The notes below the pieces were generated by a model. The model was given only the letters and a program-made list of their open reading frames with translations, had not been told where the DNA came from and searched no databases. A DNA stretch of 64,000 nt from the human T2T-CHM13v2.0 reference genome, Homo sapiens. Numbering within the stretch: the first letter of the stretch is position 1; every line of letters starts with the position of its first letter. The translations under genes and the position numbers were made by a program. This document shows, in pieces, positions 13,512 through 30,041 of the stretch. The stretch lies in NCBI RefSeq assembly GCF_009914755.1, contig NC_060927.1. The stretch is one strand, 5' to 3'.

Positions 13512-16315
13512 CCAGCTCATTCTTACTGTCTTTCAGCGCTCTCATTTGGTTGTCTCTTGTACCATTACCAGAGTTGGTAGTTGTTCTTAGCAGGAAAAAG
13601 CAGGGGAAAATGGGTCTACATCATCTTTTCTGGACCAGAAATCTGTTTATTATATTTTAATTGCATATTTCCATTCATTTTTTGGCAATTAACCCTTTTA
13701 GATCTTATTATAATTATTTGTGTACATCCACGGATTTGAAACATCTTGGTAATTTATCTTTGTGTATTTTACAGTGCCTTGAACAAAGCAGATTCTTCCT
13801 TAAAGGTACTTATACATGAATGAATGTTCATGCATATTTTCTCTGGGGCTGTACAATGGAACAAGACCTACCTGTTAAAAGAGTGGTTGTTGGTAGAATG
13901 TAAACATGACTTATAAGTGTTCATCCTTGCAAATGGACATAGGAGTAACAGGGAGAAACTTGCTTAATGTGATTTACAGAAACCTGGTTCAGAACATAGG
14001 CTCACTTGGTCATCACTTCCCTCTGGTCATCACAATCTCACAATCATTTTTCTGCTTTCAGCAGATGGGAACATGTGATAATGCTGTGACAGATTTCCCC
14101 ACCATTACTTCCTAAAGCCATTACCCACTTCTAGCTTAAAACCTTGAACACACAAACACACACATATATACACACTAACATACACATACATGTATGTTTC
14201 AAGCATCCAAGATAGGAAGTAGGGGAACATGATGAATTTTCTTTTCTAGAAATAAAACAATCATTTGTCCAATGAAAGATGAGCATAAAACACCCATACC
14301 TAATAACAAATGGCACAGAACAACATTGCTGGGAATCCCCAAATAGACCTCACGAAAACATCACTGAAGATTGCATGTGAGAGCTAGAAGGCCTCAGGCA
14401 GGGAATGCCATGGAATGTAAGACCAGGCCCCTGCTGGGGCTCAGAAATAGGAATGATAGAAAAGCAAGCAGGAAGAGACCCTGGGCAATTGAGTTCTCCC
14501 ACTGAGCAAGAAAGAATTGAAAATAACAGCATTAGGCAGGAAAACAATGGATGCCTGACCTCCCATTTAACCATTGTAATCATGCATTGTTATCAATTGG
14601 CTTGGTCTTTTAAGATTCCTAGTCACTTGTCCCTCATATCTGTGGCACATACTTATCACTGTGTGGATTTGCTTTTTGGCAAACAGAAGTTTTAATTTTT
14701 AATGGAGTCAAATCTATTACTCTTTTCAGAAACGATCTTTCTCTTTGTCTTCAAGTTTATGAAGTCCCCTCTCACTCCAGTAGGGATAAATACTCATTTC
14801 TATTCTGGGTTTCTAATGATTGATTTTATACATTTATTTATTGCTTTAATCCAGCTGGAATTAACATTAGCATATGGTGTAGGAAGACTGTAATTCTTCC
14901 AACTCTAATGCATTCTTGATAAGTAAAAAATAGGATTTCCTACAGTAGAAAACTCAGCCTAGAAACCTGCCTTTCAGTATCCTGAGGCAGGAATGGAGTG
15001 AATGAGGCACTTTCCTCAAACCTAAAAACCTCATCCTGTTTTACTGGGGACTTGGGATAACCTTCTTTATTTCTCAGTGTCTCCTCCTTTGTGTACAGTA
15101 GCGACACAAATATCCACTGTGTTTCCAAAGAGAAGTCAAGTGCTTAAGCTCCTCAAATTTTCTGAGTACATTCTATGTAGAGGATTTTCCATTACTGGTT
15201 ACACTTAATACACAGGGCCTTGCTGGAGAATGTGACCAGGAGAACTAGAACTTCAGAAAACACAAAATGAGCTATCAAAGGCTTGGCACTTTGTAGGGGT
15301 GTAATCAGAAGAAAAACGAGTCCTAATATTTAGAACACATTAGATGTAACCTCTTAAACTCCAAAGTTCTCTTCAAATCTTACCTATTTAATTTGAAAGC
15401 AAGCAATGTTCCAGTGTTAACATTTCTGATTTGGGGGATGCCAGATAGTGAAATTTGGATTAAACAGAGGGAATTTATAGTCTTATTCTAATTAATAAAT
15501 GGACTTAACGGGGTTCTGAAAATAAAACAACCTCATAATTAGTTGGTAATTAACATAGCTAAGAGCCAGGTAGAACTGTCCAACCTGTGTCATATTCTCA
15601 CAGGTGTGCCCACAAAATACAATATTATATAGAATAAATACATTGCCCACCTTCATTCATCCAGCAAGATGTACTGACTTTTCACTGTAGGCATGAACCT
15701 GAAGGGAATTAAAAATGAAGGATGGTCCTTGCTCTCACAAAAGCTGCCAAATTGGGTACACTCACTCAGTGTCTTCAAGGAACACATGGTCAGGTTTCTA
15801 GATTATGCTTAACTAGATTGGGAGAGTGGATTACCCTCAGAATACCCTTGATAAAAGCTTTCAAAATTTTCCTTTACTCACAAAACCATGTTTTCAGGTA
15901 ACCTAAACAGAAGTCCAATATATAAGATAGAATAATAGATAAAAGTATAAATTATTTGGTCAAATGAGGACTACTAGTGTTCTCAAAACACTACCCCACT
16001 TCCAAAATACACACATACACACACACACACAATTCCTGGAACTTTACAGAGTAGAGTTTCAAAATCACTGCAGCTGATGAATTGACAAATAGAAAGAAGG
16101 GGTAACAGATAGGTACAAATGTAATATAATAAACACAGTAGAATGTTAATGTTAGACACCAAGCGGTGGTTACACAGGGTGTTCACTATAAAATTACTTC
16201 AGTTTTCATATACGTTTAATTTTTTCATAATACAATATTGAAAAAAAAATCCCGCTCTTGATTCCTATATCTGAAAGTTCTTAAAGTTTTAGTTGAGTAA
16301 ACATTTAGAATTATT

Positions 16316-16615
16316 GGCCGGGTGCAGTGGCTCATGCCTGTAATCCCAGCATTTTGGGAGGCTGAGGCAAGTGGATCAGCTGAGGTCAGGAGTTCGTGAC
16401 CAGCCTGACCAACATGGTGAAACCCCATCTCTACTAAAAAAAAAAAAAAAACACAAAAATTAGCCGGGTGTAGTGGCAGGCACCTGTAATCCCAGCTACT
16501 TGGCAGGCTGAGGCAGCAGAATCACTTGAAACCAGGAGAAGAAGATTGCAGGGAGCTGAGACCATGCCATTGCACTCCATCCTGGGCAACAAGAGCAAAA
16601 CTCTGTCTTGAAAAA
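16316..16615 (+). mobile_element. AluS (Sq/Sx-like)
   Basis: GGCCGGGTGCAGTGGCTCA start, expanded A-rich linker, poly(A); degenerate TSD ATTT(A/G)GAATTATT. Confidence 0.93.
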
Positions 16616-16859
16616 AAAATTGGAATTATTATTTGTTCTTAATTGACCCCTTTATCATTATGATATGTCCCTCTTTATCTTTGGTAAACCTTCTTGTCTT
16701 AAAGTTTACTTTGTGTAATTGATGTAGCCACATTGGCTTTCTAAAAATTATTTCTATAACATATATTTGTATTCCTTTTACTTTTAACTCTTTGTGTTTT
16801 TGTATTTAAAGTGCATATGTTGTAGTCAGCATATTATTGGGTTTTATTTATTTTGTATC

Positions 16860-17312
16860 TTTCATGCACGTCCGTGTGAAGAGACCACCAAACAGGCTTT
16901 GTGTGAGCAACATGGCTGTTTATTTCACCTGGGTGCAGGCGGGCTGAGTCCAAAAAGAGAGTCAGCGAAGGGAGATAAGGGTGGGGCCATTTTATAGGAT
17001 TTGGGTAGGTAAAGGAAAATTACAGTCAAAGGGGGTTTGTTCTCTGGCTGGCAGGAGTGGGGGTCGCAAGGTGCTCAGTGGGGGTGCTTTTTGAGCCAGG
17101 ATGAGCTAGGAAAAGGACTTTCACAAGGTAATGTCATCACTTAAGGCAAGGACCAGCCATTTACACTTCTTTTGTGATGGAATGTCATCAGTTAAGGTGA
17201 GGCAGGGCATATTCACTTCTTTTGTGATTCTTCAGTTACTTCGGGCCATCTGGGCGTATACGTGCAAGTCACAGGGGATGCGATGGCTTGGCTTGGGCTC
17301 AGAGGCCTGACA
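16860..17312 (-). mobile_element. Solo LTR7 (HERV-H LTR), full length
   Basis: Minus strand runs TGTCAGGCCTCTGAGCCCAAGCC...CACACGGACGTGCATGAAA (453 bp); 5-bp TSD GTATC at 16855-16859 and 17313-17317; TATAAAA at 16996-16990 and AATAAA at 16924-16919. Confidence 0.96.
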
Positions 17313-17532
17313 GTATCCATATTGACAATCTATGACTATTAATTGGGACATTTAGTCCATTTATATTTAATGTAATGATATAATTCAGTTTTAAGTCTAC
17401 CATCTGAATATTTATGCCATCTTTTTTTGTTTCCTTCTTCCTTCTTTCTTGCCTTCTTTCTGTTAAAATGCATATTTCTAAAGTTTCCATCTTTATACCA
17501 CTATTAGGGTTTTTAATTATACCTCTTTGTAG

Positions 17533-17534
<2 letters not shown>

Positions 17535-17584
<50 letters not shown>
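17535..17584. repeat. (GT)n microsatellite, ~24 units
   Basis: Direct observation. Confidence 0.97.
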
Positions 17585-17999
17585 CATGCTCTAGGACTAA
17601 CAATATGCATCCTTATCTTATCAAAATCTACCTAAAATTAATATTATACTATCTCATGTAAAATATAAGAACCTGACATTTATTACTTCCTTGTCCATTA
17701 TGCTGTCACATGTTTTACTTCTATTTGCATTATAATCCTTTCAATACATTGTCATGAGTTTTGCTTTAAATAGTAAGTTACCCCGTAAGAGCTTAACAGA
17801 AAATAAAGACGGTTTAAAAATATATATATTATTCCATATATTTACCATTTCTGTGCTCCTCATTCCTTCCTGTTAATCTGTTTCCATTTGCTTTCACTTT
17901 CTTTTAGGCTGAAGAATTTGCTTTAACATTTCTTATAATGCGGGTTGACTAGCAGTACATTTTCTTAGGTTTTGTTTATCTAAAACTTAGGTTTTGTTT

Positions 18000-18383
18000 A
18001 TGCAGCCATAAAAAGGAATTAGATCATGTCCTTTGCAGGGGCATGGATAGAGCTGGAAGAGATCATCCTCAACAAGCTAACACAGGAACAGAAAACCAAA
18101 CACTGCATGTTCTCACTCATAAGTGGGAGCTGACCAATGAGAACACATGGCCACAGGGAGGGAAACAACACACACTGGGGCCTGTCTGGGGTGGGATGGG
18201 GGGCAGCGGTGGGAGGGAGAGCATCAGGATAAATAGCTAATGCATGTGTGGCTTAATACCTAGGTGATGGTTTGATAGGTACAGCAAACCACCATGGCAA
18301 ATGTTTACATATGTAACAAAGCTACACATCCTGCACACGTTTCCCAGAATTTAAAATAAAATAAATTTAAATTTAAAAAAAGA
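18000..18383 (+). mobile_element. L1PA (approx. PA10-13) 3' end, 5'-truncated
   Basis: ORF2 end and 3'UTR (AGCATCAGGATAAATAGCTAATGCATG...CCTAGGTGATGG) with A-rich tail; no TSD evident. Confidence 0.85.
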
Positions 18384-21300
18384 ATTTAAAAATGTCATTC
18401 TATTGTCTTCTGGCTTGAATAGTTTTTATTTAGGAGTCTAAAATAACTCTTACTGTTGTTCTCCTATATGTAATGTCTCTCCACTCCTCCCATCCTCAGC
18501 AGCTTTCTTCTTTACTTTTGGATTTTTATCAGTTGGCCGTCATACATCCAGGTATGGTTTTCTTTGTTTTTATCCTGCTTTGGTTTGCTAAACATCTTCA
18601 ACCTGTAGTTTGATTTTTTCACTATATTTGGGAAAATCTGTTCATTTTTTTAAACTATTTTTTTTCCTCCCTCATTCTCTCTATCCTCATTTCTGGACCT
18701 CAAATTGTACAAAATGTTAGACTTCTCACTTTTGCCCCACAGATCACTGAAGATTCATATATTTTTTCTATTTTTTCCTCCTGTTCTTCAGATCAGACAA
18801 TTTCTACTGATCTGTCTTAAAGTTTCCTGATCTTTTCTGTAGTTTCTAATATGTTGCTAAGGCCATTCAGTAAACTTTTCATTTTGGAAATTATTATTTG
18901 CAGTTCTATAATATAGACTTGTTTCTTTATTATAGTTTACATTTGTTTCTCTGAGATTTCCCGCCTCTTCATTTTATGTCACCCATTTTATGTCAAGTCC
19001 TTGAATATACTTATCTAGTTATTTTAAATTCCTCATTTTCTAATTCTAATGTCTGAGTTATTTCAAAGTCTGTTTCTATTTATTGCTTTTTTCTGATTAA
19101 TGGAGCTTCCTCTTCACACGTCCAGTAATTTTTTTGTTGTATGCTAAACACAGGGCGACACATTTAGGGAATCTGCATTATATTGTCTTCCTTATAGGGT
19201 ACTGAGTTTTTTTCTGGCAGGAAATTACATTTCTAAAATATTCTCTTGAACCTTTCATTGTTAGAACTGGTCTAGTTCAATTTTGTCCTTAGTTGTAGAA
19301 CACAGCCTTATGGTAGTGTACAGGTCTCACTCCTGAGGCTGGCCTTTCTGGGGTTTCAACTGAATGCCCAGGTTCTCAGGGAAATCTGCCCTCTCAGACT
19401 AAGAATTCCAACGTCTCCCATCTCTGGGCAACCACTAGTGTCTTTGTTCGGCTCTTGGTCCCACAGTGAACCCTCTCTGCTAGGCCTCATGGTGTCTTGC
19501 CCTGCTTATACATAGTCAATCCTTCAGACAATGACCTGCAAAGAAACCTCCATGTACACTACCTCCACATGCCCTACCTCATGCATCTCTCTTATTCAGT
19601 ACCCTACTCTGCTAATTCCAGCCCCTCAGCAGCAACAAAGTACAAACTCTGCCTTATCAGTTCATTGAAACAAGCATGTAATGCTTGGCCCCACCTCCTT
19701 ACTAGCCAGTCCAGTGAATGCACCCCTAGGCAGAAAGCCAAGGTGAATGCAAGGCTTGCCTCAGGGGTTTACCTTGTCTCAAGGGTCACAGCCCTGCATT
19801 GCCTGTTAGCCAATTTCTGAAAACAGTTGCCGCATACATTTTATCTAATTTTATAGTTATTCATGAAATGAGGTCAAGAATGATACCAGTTACTTCATTG
19901 TGGCTTGAAAACTAAAATGCTTTAGTATCTCTCTCCACTACCACCATCAACACTTGAACTTTACAAATGATCCTATTTATTCTACCACCTGCTACTAAAT
20001 GATGAAAAATAATTATCAAGTGAGTTGCCGAGGCTTCCTGCTCTTATTTCTCTTACCATGTTCTCAGATATCTGACTGCTAGCTAATGTCTCTGCCCGGG
20101 AACAAAAGAAGCCAGAGAAGGAGAAAGAGGAAGCTCAAGTTCTCCCATATTCTCTCTTTTCAAAAGTTACGAAGAGTAGAAAATAGTTTAACAAGGAAGT
20201 TTAGAGATTACATGAAAATTGTAATGAGTCTGACTCACCAGCTTCCAATACCGTCATCACAACCAGCCCTTCCTTGGTGGTAGTTATGTATTGGTTGCAC
20301 CTGATACCTAAGCAGTAGTCGGCTCTCTTTTGCAATAAATCACATCTGTCTCTATGATAGACTCTGACCTCAGCCTACCAACAGCATGTTTTTTAATGAC
20401 ACTGGCTTGCAAATGCATCTGATTTGAAATAAACTTTCTTTGTACCATTTTTAGGTTCTGTACTTTTGAATAAAGGTGCAATCACAGCAAATCAAATTCT
20501 CAGAAGACTACAATAAGTAAACATTAAGCAGTGTTCCTTTTTGAAAGCAGGAGAGAGTATATGTTTAGGAATGTTCAAGGATTAGTCTGGTTCTTTTTTA
20601 AGTTTTTATTTATTGATTTTATCTTAACAGCAAAATACAATGCCTGGCTAGAGCCTTTAAATACAGATAAACAATCCAAACAAGCTGCAACTTACGTATA
20701 TCAATCTTCTAAGATCACCTCAGAAAAGAGAAGGTGGCTCCCAACTTGTCCCAAGTTAAATACATTTAAGAGAAGCAAATGGGAATAGCAGCTAAAGCTG
20801 ACGGACAGGGCAATTCGAGGCATCAGATGCTCCCTTTCAGGTTGCTGAGATGCTTCCAGATGGTTCCTGTATCTGCATGGCCAAAGTGGTATAATTTATT
20901 TTCTTAGCTTTTTCAATCTCTCTGCATATTAGATCACAATTTTAGCTCAAGTTTATTTTTGTTGTGTGTATTTGACAATCCTTTGGTGGTGTGGAACTTA
21001 AATCATCACTTCCCAGAGCAAGAAAACAAAGGCTGACACTTCTGATATAGAAGGCTGCAATCTGGAAAGGACGATGGTTGGAAGGGCAGGTGGATGATTG
21101 GGACCACCACTAGGTTTATTCTTTATTTGTTCAACATGTTTTCATTAAATTAGGGTACAGAGGTGGACAAGTCAGAAGCAGTCTCTCTCATTATGGAGTT
21201 TACACTCTACCAGAGGTGAGAACGGAGGACTTAAAGGTAGACAAAAATGCCTAATGTGTCACCTAGAGAACACAACCAAAAATGAGTTACCCAACAACTT

Positions 21301-21534
21301 CATACAGCTGCTACCTGCAGTTAGTATGTACATGCCAGGTAAGCTAGGAAGAGGCCTACAGCCTCTCCTGGAAAATCTTGGGAGACCAAATAGGTTTTGA
21401 TCTTGACCATTCCCTGAAAATCCTCATCTATAATCTTCAAATGCAAGAAGGAACCAGGAGGTGCCATTATGTTTCACCACAAGAACTCATTTTTTTTAAT
21501 TACTGTTTTTTTCTTTTAGTGAGCATAATTTTTT

Positions 21535-21850
21535 CTTTTGTTGTTATTGTTGTTATTGTTGTTTTTGAGACAGGGTCTCATAATGTCACCTAGGCTGGAA
21601 TGCCGTGGCGCCATCTTGGCTCACTACAACTTCCGCCTCCTGGGTTCAAGGGATCCTCTCACCTGAGCCTCCATAGTAGCTGGGATTACAGGCATGTGGC
21701 ACCATGCCCAGCTAATTTTTGTATTTTTTTGGTAGAGGTGGTGTTTTGCCATGTTGCCCAGGCTAGTCTCCAACTCCTGGGCTCAATTGATCTGCCCGCC
21801 TGGGCCTCCCAAAGTGTTTGGATTACAGGCATGAGCCACTGTGCCCAGCC
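21535..21850 (-). mobile_element. AluJ
   Basis: Diverged Alu dimer with (TTG)n tail and AluJ-type AACTCCTGGGCTCAA. Confidence 0.9.
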
Positions 21851-21855
21851 AATTT

Positions 21856-22830
21856 TTTAATTACGTAAATTAAAGGGGTACAAGTGCAGTTTTGTTATAT
21901 GGATATACCGCATAGTGGTCAAGTCTGGGCTTTTAATGTAATCAACACCTAAATAGTGTACATTGTACTACCTCACTCCCCTCCCACCCTATCATCATTC
22001 TGAGTCTCCAGTGACTATTATTCTATACTCTATGTCTACATACACACATTATTCAGCTCCCACGTGTGAGGACATGTGGTATTTCACTATGTTTCTGAGT
22101 TTTTTCACTTAAGATAATGGCCTCCTATTCCATCCATGTTGTTGTAAAAGACATGTTTTCATTCATTTTCTGTGGCTGAATAGTATTCTATTATGTATAC
22201 ATATATACACACACATATACATAAATAAAATGTGCTGTATGTATATATGTGTATATGTATATACATGTGGTGTGTGTGTATATATGTGTATACATATGTA
22301 TATGTGTATGTGTGTGTGTGTATATATATACATATGTATACACTTATATACACACACAGAGCACATTTTCTTTATTTAATCATCTTGATTTTTTTGGAAG
22401 AGTTTCAGTAGGATGAGTATCAGTTCTTCTTTGCACATTTTGTAGAATTTGGCTATGAAGCCATCCAGTCCTGGGCATTTTAGGGGGAAGGTTTTAAAAT
22501 TATTGATTCAATCTTACTATTCATTATTGGTCTGTTTAAGATTTCTATTTCTTTCTGGTTCAATCTTGGGCAGTCATATGTTTACAAGAATTTGTCAATT
22601 TCCTCTACATTATCTAGATTGTGAGTGTACACTTCTTCATAGTAGTCTCTGATCATCTTTTGTATTCCTATGGTATCATTTGTAATGTCTTCTTTTTCAT
22701 TTCTGACTTTTATTTGGATCTTTTCTTGGTTAGTACAGCCAGAGGCTTATCAATTTTGTTCATCTTTTCAAAAAACCAACTTTTTGTTTAACTTATCCTT
22801 GGTATTGTTATCTTGGTTTTCATTTTCATT
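21856..22830 (-). mobile_element. L1PB/L1MA-type 3' end joined to a mid-ORF2 fragment; contains a TA/CA low-complexity expansion (~22195-22360)
   Basis: 3'UTR and ORF2 C-terminus to ~22385, then an abrupt switch to antisense PGLDGF/EFY-type linker sequence. Confidence 0.7.
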
Positions 22831-25720
22831 TTATTTTTATTTTTAACAACCAATTTATATCATTCAAACAGATAGAACTGCCTTGTGCTTGTTTCAGCCT
22901 TGTTTTCTGGTTATTAAAAGAAGACCTGAACCAGATACAAATTCACCATATTTTCCTTCAAGGACACTTCTCATAAAAGCTACTAATATGCATATTTTGG
23001 CATACAAAATCACATTTTCTAAAACTTTTTTCTGCTTAAATACAATTCTTTTTTCATTTAGCAACTGCATGTTATTATAGAGGTCAATTCATTGGGTTAT
23101 AAGAGAAAAGAAACACTTATTGAAGATTCACAACATACATTCCATTATATATCGCTGTTCAATAGAATGCAAAATTAGTAAATATCACCCCTACAATTGG
23201 ACCATGTAACTGATAGATTTTCCTGTAAGGAGTTACCAAAATGTCATCAAAATCTAGAGTTTGACAATTTCCAGGCCTTATCCTGACCTTCTCAATGCAA
23301 GTTGCACAAATGAAATCAGTTATCCAAGAGAAAAACTGGGATAGAAATAGGGGTTAATAGATTATGATCCTAAGTTGAAAAATACAGAGCTCTCAGTTTC
23401 CAAGATTTACCATTTTCAAGTGTCCCTAATTCTGTCCCAAGAGTGGCTCCAGCCTGGGCATGACAGCTGGCTGTAATGGGGACAGATAGCTCTTTCTTTC
23501 TAAGAACAAGATTTACCATTTGTTTTGTCTGCTCTCTCCACAAGCTCTTCCTGAAACATATCATCAGTGGCATAATAAATATCATCTCGTTTTCCATCTT
23601 AAGGACTTTAGTACTCAAAGGTAACTGTTTTGAGTCCTTAAAAAAAAAAAACAAGCAAAAAAAAAAGTGGTTTGCAAACTTTTGTCTGTGACATAACACC
23701 AAAGCCGTAGTAAAGTCAATGATAATAATAATAATAGGTACTTACTTGGGCTAGGGACTGTGCTAGGCTTCTTTTCATTCATTATCTCATTTAATATTCA
23801 CAGTTCCTACATGGCTTAGTATTTCTTGCAGACCCTTTAAATGCTTACATATAGAAATCTGCCCTACTATTTCAAGTATAGGCAGAAGTTGGCAATACAA
23901 GAAAAGACAAAGGGATAAGAATCTGTCCAACTGGACAAAACAACTTCAATCCTTAAAAAGTGCTACCCATTTTAGAAACAGGTCAATGAAGCTACCTGTT
24001 ATGATTGTAGAAGTCATGTCTGCTTACTGCACCTAATTTGAGAATTACAGAAAAACATTTTTAAAAATCACATATTATTCTATCACTCAGAGATAAACAT
24101 TGATAGTGTTTTTATAGTTCCCAGTCTTATTTATATATTTGCCTTCTTTTTTTGCTATTTGTTTAATTTTTAAACCAAATTCGGATTACATAGCAATGCA
24201 ATTTTCCCATATTATTAGATATAATTTTTGAAAGATTTTAAAACACTACCTTATGTTCCATAATTTATTTAACAATTTCACAGTTTACTGACAGATAATT
24301 TAGAGTACTTAATTATTCTATAAATACTATAATACCAAAGTATAATAATGAATTTTTGCCTGCATCTCTATTTCTTTAAGAAAGATTTCTATAAATGAGA
24401 TTACTAGATCAAAAAACATGAAAAAATTCTTTTTCTAGGGAGAATATCCCCATGCCCAATTCCACTACATTTGCCAACTAGCTGAAAATGATGGGGTTTT
24501 TTTTGCATGTTTTAAATTGTTATATAATGGTATTAGATTGCATTCTTCTGAAACTCATTTTCAAAACATCTTTACTCAACATATATTTATAGTTATTCTT
24601 GTTACTATATGTTGTTTTTACTCATTCTTTTTTTGCTTTTCGAAAATCGTCTCTTAGTTGAATAATAATATTTATGTATTAGCTATTGGTGAACATGTAC
24701 GTTTTCCTGAATTATCAAAAAGATACTATTGTAAGTATGTTGTGCACATTCCCCTTGGCATGTGGGCCATGGGAGTTGCATGTCTTCAACTATTCTGGAT
24801 GATGCCACACTATATTCCACAGTGGCTGTACCAGTTTGCTCTGTGAATGATAATCTTCATTGCTTTACAACCTCTCCAACACCTAGAATTGTTAGATTTA
24901 TTTTTCCCTTTAATTTTGACAATTGGATAGATGTAAAAAGCTATACTGTGCTGATTTTAGAAGGCATTTCCTGATTACTTTTGCAGTTGTACATTCTTTC
25001 ATTCATTAATTGTCCATTTCTGTTGCTTCTCCAATTTATGTTTCTTCAGACCCCTTAGTTATTTTTCTATTGATTTTTATTTCTGATTACTTGTTTGTAT
25101 TAACTCTTTTTATATTTCATATTAATTTTCTACTATGAAACATTCTGCAAATACAGGCATAACCTGAATGATGTTGCCTCGATTAACATTTTCATGGTAA
25201 AATGACTCTTGGTTTTTAAAATCCAAATTTCATCATCTATTTTTTTTTTTTTTTGCCAATGTTCATGTAGCAAAACTTTAGATTTATAATACCAAACTCT
25301 GCAAAACTTTCAATAAAAGGAAATATAGGAAAATCATCAAGATATTTTCAAAACATATTCAGTAGAACATCAGAATAATATATAGATATTTTGGAAAGCA
25401 AGCTGAGTGACAACACACGAAACACCCATTTCAGAAGTTGCTGATGCTAAAAGGCCATCATACCATCAGTGTGAGCCACACTTGGCCACCAGGCACTAGA
25501 GCACATTTCCCAGTGCCTTCCCCATTTTACTTTTTTTGCTTATTGTTGAAATCCCCAAACTGTTGAGAAAACACTGAAGACAATTGTAGAGAAGAAAACA
25601 AAACAAGTGAGAATAGCTACTACGTACAAAGCAAACATTTTATAACATGTTAATTGTAGAAGTCATCAAGGATATAATTTTTTTAAGTACAAGTGATCGA
25701 GGATATAATTTTTTTAAGTA

Positions 25721-28379
<2,659 letters not shown>

Positions 28380-28751
28380 CATTTTAAGTCTCAGTGTGAC
28401 ATTATTGTTCTACTATGGTTATTTTACTGTGTTTTACTTACACTTCAAGAAATTCACTAGAGGGTTGGTTTGACATATAACACATTTTTTCCCATTTAAG
28501 TAATGGCAAACTGTCTCAAGGAAATCATTTTTGGGTAATACATCTGATCATCAGGAATCAATTAGTAACATCAAACAAGGGGTGTCTATATTTTTTTCTC
28601 AGCATGTTCCTTATCTTTTCTTTGTTTGCTTGTTTGTTTGTTTTCTATTTTACATGTCTCATTTAATCCTGGAAAAATGCTATAAAGTAGCTAGCTGATT
28701 CTATCTTACAGATGAGGGCACTGAGATTCAGAGAGGTCAGTAGCTGGCTTT

Positions 28752-29092
28752 ATTATCTTCTTCACTGTGGCTGCAATAAAAAATAACCACAAACTTTGTG
28801 GCTCTCACAGCTCTGGAAGCCAGAAGCCCAAAATTAAGATGTTTAAGAGCAAAGATCCCTCCAGAGGCTCTAGGAGGGATTCCATTCCTTGCCACTTTCA
28901 GCTTCTGGTGGTTGGTGGGACTCTTGTAATAGCATTTAGGTCTCCCAAAATAATCCAGGATGATTTCCTCATCTCAAGATCCTCAATTTAATCATATCTG
29001 CAAGGACCATTTTTTTTGCAAACAAGGTCACATTCACAAGCTCTAGAAATTTGATGTGGATACGTTTGCAGAGCCAATATTCTACTTGGCAC
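28752..29092 (-). mobile_element. MLT1 (MaLR) LTR within a MIR remnant
   Basis: MLT1-type motifs (TCTCACAGCTCTGGAAGCCAGAAG; ATAATCCAGGATGATTTCCTCATCTCAAGATCC); MIR-like sequence on both sides. Confidence 0.7.
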
Positions 29093-29519
29093 ACTCACCG
29101 AAGGCCACATAGCAGAATACGGTGTCAAGTCCAGATATAGGAGTTCCAGACTCCAGAGTTCATGTTCTTTCCACTCCATGTGCGGTTTTCCATCACATTG
29201 TGTGACCTGTCGTCTCCATCCCTCCTCACACCTCAGATTCCCTTAGTCTTCCCAACCTCAGAGTGAGGTTAATACTCTGTTCTCTCCATGCCAGGGTCTC
29301 TTCCAAGGAGAGTATTCAAGAGCTGTGCCACCCCTTTACAAATTCCATTGCGCATCCGTGACTTCCTTTCCAATACCCAGACAGTTTCCTGAGTCTAGTT
29401 CACAAACTAGATCACCAAAGCAACCTTCCTGGGAGTAAATATTACATCTTTCCCATTCATATTAGTTTCTCAAAAGTGCTCAAGAGCCTGAAGAATGACA
29501 GAAGAGAAATGCTAAAGAT

Positions 29520-30041
29520 TGAAGGAGTTCAGAACACAATACTCCAAAATATGTTGCTCTAGTATATTGACTATTTTGAGCTTAAAGACACTTGGAAAAA
29601 CAGCAGATACAAAAAATATACTCTGAGCTTTCTTCTTTTCCTTAGAAACAGGAGATAACTTGTCCCCCCTACGCCAGAGGGAAAGTAGCGTTCTTATCAT
29701 CAAAGACGAGAAGTTGATGCTGAGAGAAATCTGAACAAACACACCTTATTAAAGTAACCCTTATCTTCCTAGTTACTTCTCTACCCAATTAACCTCCCTA
29801 GCCCAAGCCCGTTGGCTTTGTCACATACTCACAATTTTCTATTCCTTTCCCAATTCAGTACATAGGTGTTCAACTTTCAACTCTGTCTTTGGGTTTCATT
29901 TCCTTAAGAGGGCTCTTGTGCTCACATAAAAATTGAATGAATTAAATTTGTATGCTTTTCTCCCGCTGATCTGCCTTATGTCAATTCAATCCTCAGGCCC
30001 AGCTAAAAAACCCTAAGAGAGAAAATTTGGCCTCCCCTACA
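29520..30041 (+). mobile_element. MER34/MER39-family ERV1 solo LTR
   Basis: TGAAGGAGTTCAGAA...CCAAAATATG start and CTCCCCTACA end (TG...CA), ~520 bp. Confidence 0.75.

Larger units (their letters stand above)
16230..19915 (-). mobile_element. Ancient L1ME-type ORF1/5' region, interrupted by Alu, LTR7 and L1PA
   Basis: Antisense L1 ORF2-start peptide (IITLNINGLNVPINSHRLS in ORF 17299..17610) followed by T-rich ORF1 and 5'UTR remnants. Confidence 0.6.

Noticed and set aside
16860-17312. LTR7 as promoter of the PPIA retrocopy
   Set aside because: Both are on the minus strand, but the LTR lies ~17 kb downstream of the retrocopy and points away from it.
22159-22366. His/Tyr/Ile-rich ORFs
   Set aside because: Translation of a TA/CA low-complexity expansion inside an L1.
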